Assembly (NCBI GenBank): GCA_964364125.1
Contig: CAYIKS010000003.1
Span: forward strand, 1 to 38,061
DNA: 38,061 nt
Origin: an uncultured Candidatus Saccharibacteria bacterium
GTDB lineage: Bacteria; Patescibacteriota; Minisyncoccia; UBA6257; UBA9933
Direction of reading: 5' to 3'
In this document: positions 9,095 to 17,612 of the stretch, one piece after another
Numbering within the stretch: position 1 is the stretch's first letter
Layout: each line of letters opens with the position of its first letter
Notes under the pieces: model-generated
The model's database searches: none
Seen by the model: only the letters and a program-made list of their open reading frames with translations
What the model was told of the DNA's origin: nothing
Position numbers and translations under genes: made by a program

Positions 9095-9541
9095 ATGGCC
9101 GCTATAGGCATTGACCAAAAAATAAAGAAGTGGGTAAAAAACGGATTAATCCTATCCTTGGCTTGTTTAGTCCTGCTGATTATCTTAGGCATCGCTCTTT
9201 CGGGCAAGGAAGAAGACGAGGATAAAAAATTATCAGCTCCTCAACCGCGGGCGGCGGTAGCGGAAGCAAAAAAACCAACCATCATCTGGTCGAGATGGAA
9301 AGAGGTCATACTGGCTGATGATTGGTCGGAGTTTCAGGATACGCCGACGAGATGGGACAGAGTTGTGCCACCCAAAAGAGGAAAAGTGGAGGTGCTTTTT
9401 GAAAACGGCGCCTACCACCAGCTAAAAGGCGACGACACAGACGAGCAGTATACGGCAATTAATATCCAGACCGATGGCAGATTCCGGCTTAAAGGCACAC
9501 CGGGAGCCAAAGCCACCATCTGGATTGGTAAAGAAGTTTGA
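9095..9541 (+). CDS. Single-pass membrane protein with a small beta-rich ectodomain, function unknown
   Basis: 148-aa ORF starting 1 nt after the SPFH stop. It has a TM helix (LILSLACLVLLIILGIAL). No family recognised. Confidence 0.6.
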   Translation: MAAIGIDQKIKKWVKNGLILSLACLVLLIILGIALSGKEEDEDKKLSAPQPRAAVAEAKKPTIIWSRWKEVILADDWSEFQDTPTRWDRVVPPKRGKVEVLFENGAYHQLKGDDTDEQYTAINIQTDGRFRLKGTPGAKATIWIGKEV

Positions 9542-9547
9542 ATTTAA

Positions 9548-9586
9548 ATCCCTGCAAGAATATTCTTGCAGGGATTTCTCTTTTTT
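9548..9586. terminator. Bidirectional rho-independent terminator between convergent units
   Basis: A perfect 28-nt palindrome (ATCCCTGCAAGAAT/ATTCTTGCAGGGAT, 9548-9575) is followed by a T-rich run to 9586 and preceded by A/T. Confidence 0.7.
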
Positions 9587-9611
9587 AAATAATTCTTTTA
9601 TAAAATTACTC

Positions 9612-9917
9612 TTACCCCATTATTGTAAGAATAATCAATGCCGCGCCTTTTGCGGCTAAAATAATTACGAAGCCAATCGCCGCCCACATTATAGTTTTTC
9701 TGCCGTTGGCCACTTTTGCGGGATCTTCGCGGGCGGTCAAAATCTGAAACCCGCCGATTAAAATCATTATCGCCAAAATCGGAACGCTGATATAAATAAT
9801 ATAATTTATAATATTATTAATAACTTGGACGATGTCGTTTACGCCTAAAGGATTAGGAATAGTTACGCTAACCGACTTTTCCCTCTCTAATACTTCTGCC
9901 AAAGCTTCTTTTAACAT
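9612..9917 (-). CDS. VirB2/TrbC-like (T4SS-type) pilin paralogue P1, atypical with no obvious signal peptide
   Basis: 101 aa. It shares the two-helix core with the neighbours (ILAIMILIGGFQILTAREDPAKVANGRKTIMWAAIGFVIILAA). Confidence 0.55.
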   Translation of the reverse strand: MLKEALAEVLEREKSVSVTIPNPLGVNDIVQVINNIINYIIYISVPILAIMILIGGFQILTAREDPAKVANGRKTIMWAAIGFVIILAAKGAALIILTIMG

Positions 9918-9953
9918 ACCCAGAAGAAAAATTTAAAAATTTCTCCGCTGGGT
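9918..9953 (-). other. 36-nt imperfect hairpin directly abutting the P1 start codon
   Basis: ACCCAG...CTGGGT arms with an AT-rich inner stem. Two further small palindromes follow: CCCAT-TAG-ATGGG at 9956-9968 and GGGAATTCCC at 9966-9975. No T-run and no SD. Confidence 0.3.
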
Positions 9954-10007
9954 ATGCCCATTAGATGGGAATTCCCGCTAATGAGCAGATTTTTGTTTCT
10001 CAAAATT

Positions 10008-10370
10008 TTACGCTCCGGGCGCGACTAAGAAAGTTCTGATGATTGACTCAAAACCGACTGCGAGTAAGGCGACAATAATCGCCACGACCGCGTAGATTAT
10101 CCGGTTTTTGGCTGTTTTGACTCTTTCTTCATCGCCGCCGGCGGTCAAGTAAGAAAAAGCTGCTAAAATAATCATCAAGACAGCAATAATGAAGAAAATT
10201 ATGTAAACCCATCTGACTATCTGACCGATGAGTCCGACTATGCCGCCGACTGTTCCCGGACCGGTTGGCGTAATACCGGTGTATTGCTGACCGTACTGTT
10301 GCGCCAGCGCGACATTGCTTAAAGCCAGAACGCTTAAAGTAATGATTGGCGAAATTTTTGTTTTTAACAT
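10008..10370 (-). CDS. VirB2/TrbC-like (T4SS-type) pilin paralogue P2
   Basis: 120 aa with a signal peptide (…LSNVALA|QQ), then WVYIIFFIIAVLMIILAAFSYLTAGGDEERVKTAKNRIIYAVVAIIVALLAVG. Confidence 0.8.
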   Translation of the reverse strand: MLKTKISPIITLSVLALSNVALAQQYGQQYTGITPTGPGTVGGIVGLIGQIVRWVYIIFFIIAVLMIILAAFSYLTAGGDEERVKTAKNRIIYAVVAIIVALLAVGFESIIRTFLVAPGA

Positions 10371-10410
10371 TTTTGTTATTTATTGTCTTTCGACCTTTTT
10401 CAAATTTAAT

Positions 10411-10902
10411 TTATTGATTCAGGGGTTTTATACCTTCTCCGGGATTTAATGACTCCCAATCTTGCTGTTCTACAGGTAAATCTCTTTGGTCAATAAAGTA
10501 CTGTGGATTTGAGACGTTGCCGCCTGTGACACCGCCTCCTCCTCTGCCCAAAAATTCCTTGATAATTGCTTCAGCGCCAACCGCCAGAAGCGCTACGACG
10601 ATGGCAATAACGGCGTAAACCAATTGCGTATGCGCTTTTTTTATTTCTTCCGGCTGGCCGGCTTTAGTTAAATAAGTAAAAGCCGCCACAATAATGAACA
10701 AAACTGCGATAATAAAGAAAATTATATAAACGTATTTAACTACATCGCCGGCTATTTTAAAAAAACCTCTTGGTTCGCTTACGGGCGAAGGATTAATTCC
10801 TAATTCTCCGGCTGAAGGAACTTTACCTTCCTGAATTGCGAAAACCAAAATCGGCAACATAAATAAGCAAACTGTCGAAATTATAAAAAAAACATTTCTC
10901 AT
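10411..10902 (-). CDS. VirB2/TrbC-like pilin paralogue P3 with a Gly-rich/acidic C-terminal extension
   Basis: 163 aa with a signal peptide, the core YVYIIFFIIAVLFIIVAAFTYLTKAGQPEEIKKAHTQLVYAVIAIVVALLAVG and the tail GRGGGGVTGG...EQQDWESLNPGEG. Confidence 0.8.
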   Translation of the reverse strand: MRNVFFIISTVCLFMLPILVFAIQEGKVPSAGELGINPSPVSEPRGFFKIAGDVVKYVYIIFFIIAVLFIIVAAFTYLTKAGQPEEIKKAHTQLVYAVIAIVVALLAVGAEAIIKEFLGRGGGGVTGGNVSNPQYFIDQRDLPVEQQDWESLNPGEGIKPLNQ

Positions 10903-10908
10903 AATTTA

Positions 10909-11235
10909 TCAGGCGCCCTCAATAAAGGACAGAATAATTTGGGCGGCGCCGACCGAAATCAAAGCGATGGCGATTGCCACGACCGCCCAAAGAATCTGGC
11001 TCCGGGCGCTTTTTATTTTTTCCGGGTCGCCTTTGGCAGTCAAAAAATTAAAAGCGGCAATAATAATGAAAATAATTGCCACAATAAAGAAAATTGTATA
11101 GGTGTAACGGGCTACTCGCGCCAAGATGTCGAAAATTTTACTGGGCGAGTCTATGGGCGAGCCCTTAGCCAAATCGCTAGCCGCCTGTTGAAAATCTTGA
11201 GCCAAAACAACGGAGACGATGGTAAGTTTTTTCAT
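10909..11235 (-). CDS. VirB2/TrbC-like pilin paralogue P4
   Basis: 108 aa with the core YTYTIFFIVAIIFIIIAAFNFLTAKGDPEKIKSARSQILWAVVAIAIALISVG. Confidence 0.8.
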   Translation of the reverse strand: MKKLTIVSVVLAQDFQQAASDLAKGSPIDSPSKIFDILARVARYTYTIFFIVAIIFIIIAAFNFLTAKGDPEKIKSARSQILWAVVAIAIALISVGAAQIILSFIEGA

Positions 11236-11239
11236 AAAT

Positions 11240-11602
11240 TTAACACTTTAGTTGATTCCAAGGCCCAAATTCGCCCTTGGCTATTAATTTAATTAGTGTA
11301 TCAAGAATTAACCAAGCAAGCAAGACGATGACAAGGCCGATAATCGCTGCCGTTACGATGTCCTTACCTTGCTTTGCCCGCTCCGGTGAAGCGCCGGCGG
11401 TTAAAATCATTATCCCTCCATAAACAATAGCGATAACGGCTATGGGGATTGCTATTTTTACGCCGAAATCAAGCACATTTTTAACTAATTTAAAAAGGTC
11501 GCAAAACTGACAACTTAAACCTTCGCAGGGAATTAAAGCCGCGGAAACAGAGGCTGCAGAAAGCACAAAGCAGAAAGTGGAAAGTAGAATTATTTTTTTC
11601 AT
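11240..11602 (-). CDS. VirB2/TrbC-like pilin paralogue P5, Cys-containing
   Basis: 120 aa with a signal peptide (…SVSA|AL), a mature N-terminus holding three Cys (CEGLSCQFC), the core IAIPIAVIAIVYGGIMILTAGASPERAKQGKDIVTAAIIGLVIVLLAW and a terminal Cys. Its ATG overlaps the upstream stop (ATGA). Confidence 0.75.
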   Translation of the reverse strand: MKKIILLSTFCFVLSAASVSAALIPCEGLSCQFCDLFKLVKNVLDFGVKIAIPIAVIAIVYGGIMILTAGASPERAKQGKDIVTAAIIGLVIVLLAWLILDTLIKLIAKGEFGPWNQLKC

Positions 11603-12918
11603 TTCGTCAAATCATTAATTTCATTCTCGGCTTTTTTGAGGGCGTCGCCGGAAGTCAGTTGGCCGTTCAATATTGATTGAATCATATTGGAGAAAATTCG
11701 TTTAATCGCCGTGCTGTCGGCTTGATACCAGGAGCGGGTAGTCAGGGCTTGTCTGGCGAAAACTCCCAAATCCGGGTCATAAAGATATTTGTCAATTAAA
11801 ACTCTTAACGCCGGCGGCAGGCGATTGGCCTTAAGAAACTGTTCGGAAACATTCGGGTTGGCGGTTAAATAAAGAATAAAATTCCAGGAAAGAGCCGGGT
11901 TCTGACTGTATTTGGAAGCGGTCAATCCCCAATAATTGGCGTAATTTACGGGCCGGTCTTTATTAAGCTGAAGCATTGGAGAAACGCCGACGCTCAGAAA
12001 GGGATTTCTTGTTTTAAGAAGCGGAATCGCTGAAGCGTAATTGAAAATAATCGCGGTATTGCCCTCGCTGAAACTGTCCAAAGAATTGCGGAAGTTGTCG
12101 CTCCAGGTGTAATTGGCGCTCAAGGGATTGGCGAACTGGACGTAGAAATTCAGAGCGTTCGTTCCTCTTTCACCGAAATCAACGCTTTTGGACTGCGGGT
12201 CAAACATCGCGGCGCCGGATTGAAGCATTAACAACGCCAATAAATCCGTTGCTTTATTGACGCTGTATTCCGAACCGCCGATGGCAGCCGCGGCTTTTAC
12301 AATTTCATTCGTCTGAGGATTGAGCTCGCGGAGCCGGGGAATTAAATCGTTCAAGTCCTGCCAGGTTTTCGGCGCCAAAGCAACGGCTTTGGCGTCAAAA
12401 AAATCGCGATTGTAAAGAAGCGCCAAAGTGTCAAGATACAGCGGCAGGGCGAAAATTACGGACTTGTCCTCAGCCCGTTGAAGAACAAAATCCTGTTCAA
12501 TAACCTGAGGGTACATTTGGCGGAACTGGAAAAAAGGGAGTTGGGCTTCGACAAGAGGCATTATTTTGTCAAAATGTTTCGGCAACCAAGTGTTGTGGAG
12601 CATAAAAATGTCCGGTCCTTTGCCGGCTGCCAAGGCGTTAAGCAAAGCCCTTTCATATTCGGATTCGCTAAATTGAGTATATTCAATGTTAATGCCTTTA
12701 TTGGCTTTCTGATATTCATCAATCACTCCCTTAATAACTTCGCTGTCAACAACTCCCCAAAAAGAAATTCTTATTCCTTCGCCGCCGCCGAAACTAAAAC
12801 CGCCCGGCGTAGTTTTCTTGACCGGAATCACGCCGAAAAACATCAAGGCGACGATTAAAACGATAAATCCTGCGACAGCGACGATAATTATTTGATTACG
12901 AGTAAGTTTCACAGACAT
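11599..12918 (-). CDS. Extracellular solute-binding protein (ABC-type family 1 fold), N-terminally membrane-anchored, with no cognate permease or ATPase nearby
   Basis: 439 aa with an N-terminal TM helix. Similarity to sugar-type SBPs is visible ([33 protein letters not shown]...[16 protein letters not shown]). Confidence 0.82.
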   Translation of the reverse strand: MSVKLTRNQIIIVAVAGFIVLIVALMFFGVIPVKKTTPGGFSFGGGEGIRISFWGVVDSEVIKGVIDEYQKANKGINIEYTQFSESEYERALLNALAAGKGPDIFMLHNTWLPKHFDKIMPLVEAQLPFFQFRQMYPQVIEQDFVLQRAEDKSVIFALPLYLDTLALLYNRDFFDAKAVALAPKTWQDLNDLIPRLRELNPQTNEIVKAAAAIGGSEYSVNKATDLLALLMLQSGAAMFDPQSKSVDFGERGTNALNFYVQFANPLSANYTWSDNFRNSLDSFSEGNTAIIFNYASAIPLLKTRNPFLSVGVSPMLQLNKDRPVNYANYWGLTASKYSQNPALSWNFILYLTANPNVSEQFLKANRLPPALRVLIDKYLYDPDLGVFARQALTTRSWYQADSTAIKRIFSNMIQSILNGQLTSGDALKKAENEINDLTK

Positions 12919-15374
12919 ATCACTCCCGCTATTTTGTCTCCTTGTTTCAGTTTCATAATTCTCACGCCTGAGGTTGCCCGGCTGGCCAGGCGAACGCCCG
13001 AAATCTTGATTTTGATAACTTGTCCCTTTGCGGAAATCGCCAATAATTCTTCTTCTTCGGCGATGACCTGTGCCGCGACAATCAATCCGGTTTTGGAAGT
13101 GATTTTCGCAGTCTTAATTCCCGAACCGCCTCTGCTCTGGGTTTTGTAATCCTTAAGCGGCGTCTGCTTGCTAAACCCGTTTTCCGTCACAATCAGTAAG
13201 TTTTGACTTTTGCCTGCCTGCCGGCAAGGCAGGACTTTTGACTTTTGACTTTCTTTTATTATATCAATTCCGGCTACAAAATCATCTTTCTTTAGTCTTA
13301 TTGCTTTTACGCCGGCAGCGGCTCTGCTCATCGGCCTTAATTGCGATTCTTTAAATCTAATCGCTTGGCCATGAGCAGTCGTTAAAATAACTTCGTCCTT
13401 ACCCGAAGAAAGTTTCACCCATTTAAGAGCATCGCCCTTATCAAGGTTAATGGCGATGATGCCGCTCCTTCTGACATTGCTGAAATCTTGAAGCGGGGTT
13501 TTTTTAATCACTCCGTTTTTCGTCGCCATCACCAAGTAATTCTGGATTCTGAGTTCTGAGTTCTGAATTTCATTAGCGTAGCTAATGATGGCGCTGACGT
13601 TTTCATCTGTAGGAATTTCCAAAAAATTCTGGATGATCTTGCCCTTTGAAATTCTTGAGCCGGCTGGAATCTCGTAGACCTTTGTCTGGAACGCCCGTCC
13701 TTTGTCGGTAAAAAACAGGATATTGTCGTGGGTTTTGGCCGAAAGAAAATGGGTCAGTAAATCCTCTTCGCCGACTTCGGAGCCGATGAGGCCCTTGCCG
13801 CCGCGGCGCTGGCTGCGAAAACTTGTTGGCGGAACTCTTTTTATGTAACCGCTCTGGGATAAAGTAATCACCGCTTCTTCTTGAGGAATCAAATCCTCCT
13901 CCTTAAATTCCTTGAGTCCGCCGGCAACCACTTTAGTGCGGCGCTCATCCGCGTATTTATTTTTAAGTTCCGAGAGTTCGTCTTTAATCACCTGAAGAAT
14001 TTTCTCCGGACTTTTCAGCAGAATTTCCAGTTCTTTGATTAACTTTTTCTTTTCTTTCAGTTCGTCTTCTATCTTTTGGCGTTCCAGCGCCGCCAAGGTC
14101 TGGAGCCGCATTTCCAAAATGGCGTTCGCCTGAATCTCGGTCAGCTTGAAATTTTTAATGAGGTTCTGCTGGGCTTCATCGCGGTCTTTTGATTTTTTAA
14201 TTGTTGAAATTATCTCGTCAATCGCCGACAGCGCCTTCGTCAGTCCTTCCAAGATATGTTCCCGCTCTCTGGCTTTTCGCAAATCAAATTCCGCCCGGCG
14301 CCTGACCACTAATTTCCGATGTCCCACAAAAGCCCTTAAAATATCCCGCAAAGACATTAGTTGCGGCTGAATGCCGTCTGCCAAGGCGATTAAATTTAAA
14401 TGAAAATCCTTTTGAAGGTCGGTGTGTTTGAAAAGTTGATTGAGAATTTTTTGGGGGCTGACGTCGCTTTTGAGTTCAATGACGATCCGCATTCCCTCCC
14501 GATCGCTTTCGTCCCGGACGTCGCGAACGCCTTCAATTTTTTTCTCCTGAACCAATTCGGCGATTTTGGTAATCAACTCGGCTTTGTTCACCTGATAAGG
14601 AATCTCGGTGATGACAATCTCAAACTGCCGGTTTTTCTTTTCGGTAATTTCAGCTTTGGCTCTGATGGTGACCGGCCCGCGGCCCGAACCGTACGATTCA
14701 ATAATGGCTTTGCGATTGTAAATAATTCCGCCGGTCGGAAAATCAGGACCCTGAACAAATTCCATCAATTCTTCGGTAGCGGCCTTGGGGTGGTCTATTA
14801 AATGAACGGCTGCGTCAATTACTTCGCCTAAATTATGAGGCGGCACATTGGTCGCCATTCCCACCGCGATTCCGGAAGAGCCGTTAAGCAACAAGTTTGG
14901 CAATTTTGCCGGCAAAACTTTCGGTTCTTGGCGGGTGGCGTCGTAATTCGGCTGCCAATCAACGGTTTCTTTTTCAATGTCAAAAAGCAGTTCCTCGGAG
15001 ATTTTTGAAAGCTTCGCTTCGGTATAGCGCATGGCAGCCGGCGAGTCTTCGGTTGAGCCAAAATTACCTTGACCCTGAATAAGGGGGTAGCGAAGAGAAA
15101 AATCTTGAGCCATTCGGGCTAAAGCGTCATAAACTGCCACATCGCCGTGCGGATGGTAGCGGCCAAGACAGGACCCAACGACGGTTGCTGATTTTCTGAA
15201 TTTCGCGCCGTGAGTTAATCCTTCTTCCCACATTGTCCATAAAATCCGGCGGTGAACCGGTTTAAGTCCGTCGCGAACGTCCGGCAGAGCGCGCGAAACA
15301 ATCACACTCATCGCGTAATCAAGATAAGATTCCTGCAACTCTTCGGTTATTTCGCGTTTTTCTATATTAGTCAT
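12909..15374 (-). CDS. gyrA: DNA gyrase subunit A
   Basis: 821 aa with canonical N-terminal motifs ([33 protein letters not shown]) and a beta-pinwheel C-terminal domain. Confidence 0.97.
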   Translation of the reverse strand: MTNIEKREITEELQESYLDYAMSVIVSRALPDVRDGLKPVHRRILWTMWEEGLTHGAKFRKSATVVGSCLGRYHPHGDVAVYDALARMAQDFSLRYPLIQGQGNFGSTEDSPAAMRYTEAKLSKISEELLFDIEKETVDWQPNYDATRQEPKVLPAKLPNLLLNGSSGIAVGMATNVPPHNLGEVIDAAVHLIDHPKAATEELMEFVQGPDFPTGGIIYNRKAIIESYGSGRGPVTIRAKAEITEKKNRQFEIVITEIPYQVNKAELITKIAELVQEKKIEGVRDVRDESDREGMRIVIELKSDVSPQKILNQLFKHTDLQKDFHLNLIALADGIQPQLMSLRDILRAFVGHRKLVVRRRAEFDLRKAREREHILEGLTKALSAIDEIISTIKKSKDRDEAQQNLIKNFKLTEIQANAILEMRLQTLAALERQKIEDELKEKKKLIKELEILLKSPEKILQVIKDELSELKNKYADERRTKVVAGGLKEFKEEDLIPQEEAVITLSQSGYIKRVPPTSFRSQRRGGKGLIGSEVGEEDLLTHFLSAKTHDNILFFTDKGRAFQTKVYEIPAGSRISKGKIIQNFLEIPTDENVSAIISYANEIQNSELRIQNYLVMATKNGVIKKTPLQDFSNVRRSGIIAINLDKGDALKWVKLSSGKDEVILTTAHGQAIRFKESQLRPMSRAAAGVKAIRLKKDDFVAGIDIIKESQKSKVLPCRQAGKSQNLLIVTENGFSKQTPLKDYKTQSRGGSGIKTAKITSKTGLIVAAQVIAEEEELLAISAKGQVIKIKISGVRLASRATSGVRIMKLKQGDKIAGVICL
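13199..13254. repeat. Heptamer array (AGTTTTG, ACTTTTG | ACTTTTG, ACTTTTG, ACTTTCT) interrupted by a 21-nt GC-rich palindrome (13213-13233), inside gyrA
   Basis: Counted base by base. The palindrome CCTGCCT-GCCGGCA-AGGCAGG forms a 7-bp stem. The whole 56 nt is translated as [18 protein letters not shown]. Confidence 0.9.
13538..13565. repeat. Imperfect heptamer array AATTCTG GATTCTG AGTTCTG AGTTCTG inside gyrA
   Basis: Counted base by base. The coding strand reads CAGAACT-type units, translated as [11 protein letters not shown]. Confidence 0.8.
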
Positions 15375-15379
15375 CGCTC

Positions 15380-15655
15380 TTACTCAATTATTATTGTTCT
15401 CTCCGTCCCAATAATTCCGGTGATATAATTTATCGCTTTGCCGGCGCCTGTTCTCATAACTTGCCAAAAACCCGCCCCGCTTGGCGCACTCGGCGCTTCT
15501 TGTTTTGGTTCCCCGATTTTATCAAGGACGAAATTTAAATAAATAACCCAGAGTCCGACAATCAAAATCATCGCCGCGGCGCTCAACCCAATTAACCAAC
15601 GCTTCTTTCTTGCTTCGTCGGCATTCTGAAGTTTTTCAATAAATTTTCGTATCAT
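15380..15655 (-). CDS. Small single-pass membrane protein, function unknown
   Basis: 91-aa ORF with a TM helix ([21 protein letters not shown]). Its ATG overlaps the upstream stop, and it ends 5 nt before the gyrA start. Confidence 0.55.
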   Translation of the reverse strand: MIRKFIEKLQNADEARKKRWLIGLSAAAMILIVGLWVIYLNFVLDKIGEPKQEAPSAPSGAGFWQVMRTGAGKAINYITGIIGTERTIIIE

Positions 15656-16284
15656 ACGAACAAAGGAATCACCTCGGTTTTTTTTATAGCCGCCAAATCT
15701 TTTTTCTTAACGGTTAATTTATCCCGTTTTTCTTTGTTTTCTTTATGATTCAATTCTTCAAGAAAATTTTTTAAATCCGCCGATTGCCGTTTTAATCCCG
15801 GCAGTTTGAAAAAAGCCGGGACAACGATTTTGGGCTCAATTTGTTTTATTAATTTTATTGCCGCTTCTTGGGAAATAAAAGGTCTGCCGCCGGCCGGAAT
15901 GAATAAAATGTCAATTTCCTCTAAATGTTCGGCTGTTTCCGGTTCCGGCGTTTCCGAAAGATGGCCCAAAAAACAGAGCCGGATGTCTTCAATTTCCGTC
16001 AGATAAACGGTTTTTATATACTGGTCGGATGATTCTTTTTTTAAGCCAAGACCAACGATAGTCGTTCCTTTTAAATCGTATTCGCCCGGGCCGTAAATTA
16101 GTTGATGAGTTGATGGGTTGATGGGTTCTTTGGGCGCCGGAAACGAAGTTAAGGTTTTAAGAATAATGTCGGATTTAAAACGCGGCGGGGTGAGGCCGCT
16201 TGAGGGTTCAACGGGGTCGGTTAAAATTACTAGATTGCCGCTCTGGATTTTAAAACACCCCTCGCCGTAAAAAGAAATAACCAT
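15652..16284 (-). CDS. MBL-fold (metallo-beta-lactamase-like, UPF0173-type) protein; canonical HxHxDH not evident
   Basis: 210 aa. The N-terminus MVISFYGEGCFKIQSGNLVILTDP resembles small CPR MBL-fold hydrolases. Confidence 0.7.
   Translation of the reverse strand: MVISFYGEGCFKIQSGNLVILTDPVEPSSGLTPPRFKSDIILKTLTSFPAPKEPINPSTHQLIYGPGEYDLKGTTIVGLGLKKESSDQYIKTVYLTEIEDIRLCFLGHLSETPEPETAEHLEEIDILFIPAGGRPFISQEAAIKLIKQIEPKIVVPAFFKLPGLKRQSADLKNFLEELNHKENKEKRDKLTVKKKDLAAIKKTEVIPLFV
16101..16128. repeat. Octamer array GTTGATGA GTTGATGG GTTGATGG GTTC inside the MBL-fold gene
   Basis: Counted base by base. Translated on the minus strand as EPINPSTHQLI. Confidence 0.85.
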
Positions 16285-16361
16285 ACCAAAAAATCTCTAA
16301 TACTATTATATGACATTTCCTCTTGCTTTTCAACTTTTATTTTTGTAGTATATTTCACATT

Positions 16362-17453
16362 ATGCCAATAGCAACGAATAAAAAATTAATCTCTCCGATT
16401 GCTCAGCTGCTTAAGGATAAGCCCGACCTGATTTCTTTCCTTAAAGAAGGGAATCTGGTTGAAGTAAGTTTAATGAAGAAAACGCCGAAAGCGGTCTATT
16501 TTGACGTGAAGGGAATCGGCACGGCCATTTTATACGGCGTCGAACTTTTAAGCGCGAAAAATATCGTTAAAAATTTAAAAGAAGGGGAAACGGTCAGCGC
16601 CAAAATAATCAATCCGGAAAATGAAAATGGTCTTATTGAAATTTCGCTGTCCGGCGCTCAACAACAAAAGGTTTGGCAGAAGTTGAAAAATCTTGAAGAC
16701 AGCGGCGAGGTTCTGACGGTAAAAATCAGCGGGGCTAATCCAAGCGGCCTACTCGCTGAAATAAGCGAAATTAAAGCGTTTTTGCCGGTTTCCCAACTTT
16801 CCAATGAAAACTATCCACGCGTGGAAAACAGAGAAAAACTCCTTGAAGCCCTCAAAAAATTCGTCGGCCAAGAACTGGCGGTTAAAATTATTGATTTAAA
16901 CCAGCGCGCCAATAAATTGATTATCTCCGAAAGAGAAGTGGCGGAACAAAATATAAAAGAACTGTTGACGCAATATAAAATCGGTGATGTCATTGACGGC
17001 GTTGTTTCCGGATTGGCGGATTTCGGAGCTTTCTTCCGTTTCAACGACAATCCGGCAATTGAAGGGCTGATTCACATTTCCGAACTCGACCATAAAATAA
17101 TTGACAATCCGAAAGATGTTGTGAAGATTGACGACGCGGTTAAGGCAAAAATCATAGAAATCAAAGACGGTCGGGTTTTTTTATCGCTTAAGGCCTTAAA
17201 AACGGACCCCTGGGAAAAAGCCGGAGAAGAATTCAAGGAAGGACAGGAACTTAGCGGCGAAGTTTGTAAATTAAATCCGTTCGGCGCCGTGATAAACCTT
17301 GAACATGACCTTCAAGCCATAATTCATGTTTCCGAATTTGGCAATGTTGAAGAAATGCAAAAGCAATTGGAAATCGGCAAAAAATACCGGTTTATAATTG
17401 ACTCAATAAGACCGCAGGAAAAAAGGATTTTTCTGAAGATGAAGAGGGATTGA
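16362..17453 (+). CDS. rpsA: 30S ribosomal protein S1 (four S1 domains)
   Basis: Repeated S1 OB-fold motifs (e.g. GDVIDGVVSGLADFGAFFRF...GLIHISEL and GQELSGEVCKLNPFGAVINL...AIIHVSEF). The ATG at 16362 is preferred over the TTG at 16323 listed in the track. Confidence 0.9.
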   Translation: MPIATNKKLISPIAQLLKDKPDLISFLKEGNLVEVSLMKKTPKAVYFDVKGIGTAILYGVELLSAKNIVKNLKEGETVSAKIINPENENGLIEISLSGAQQQKVWQKLKNLEDSGEVLTVKISGANPSGLLAEISEIKAFLPVSQLSNENYPRVENREKLLEALKKFVGQELAVKIIDLNQRANKLIISEREVAEQNIKELLTQYKIGDVIDGVVSGLADFGAFFRFNDNPAIEGLIHISELDHKIIDNPKDVVKIDDAVKAKIIEIKDGRVFLSLKALKTDPWEKAGEEFKEGQELSGEVCKLNPFGAVINLEHDLQAIIHVSEFGNVEEMQKQLEIGKKYRFIIDSIRPQEKRIFLKMKRD

Positions 17454-17478
17454 CAAGAACCTTGATTGGGAATATAAT
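17450..17478 (+). promoter_or_regulatory. Consensus sigma-70-type promoter TTGACA-N17-TATAAT
   Basis: TTGACA lies at 17450-17455, overlapping the rpsA stop, then a 17-nt spacer and TATAAT at 17473-17478. Both hexamers are perfect. Confidence 0.65.
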
Positions 17479-17612
17479 AGAAATAGTTTCTTACAATTTT
17501 GAAAGGGGGTGAGGCGTATAGAGCTTATTTTATGGTTAATTGGCAGTTAGGAAGAAGTAGGCAGTAGGTAGAATTATAAATTATATCGGTTTTTTAGAAA
17601 AAGGAGGAAGAG

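Noticed and set aside
7759-9590. Integrase-mediated genomic island at tRNA-Leu.
   Set aside because: The cassette lies on the 5' side of the tRNA rather than the 3' side. There is no integrase or recombinase and no duplicated tRNA 3' fragment (att repeat) that I could find. It is kept only as a compositionally odd cassette.
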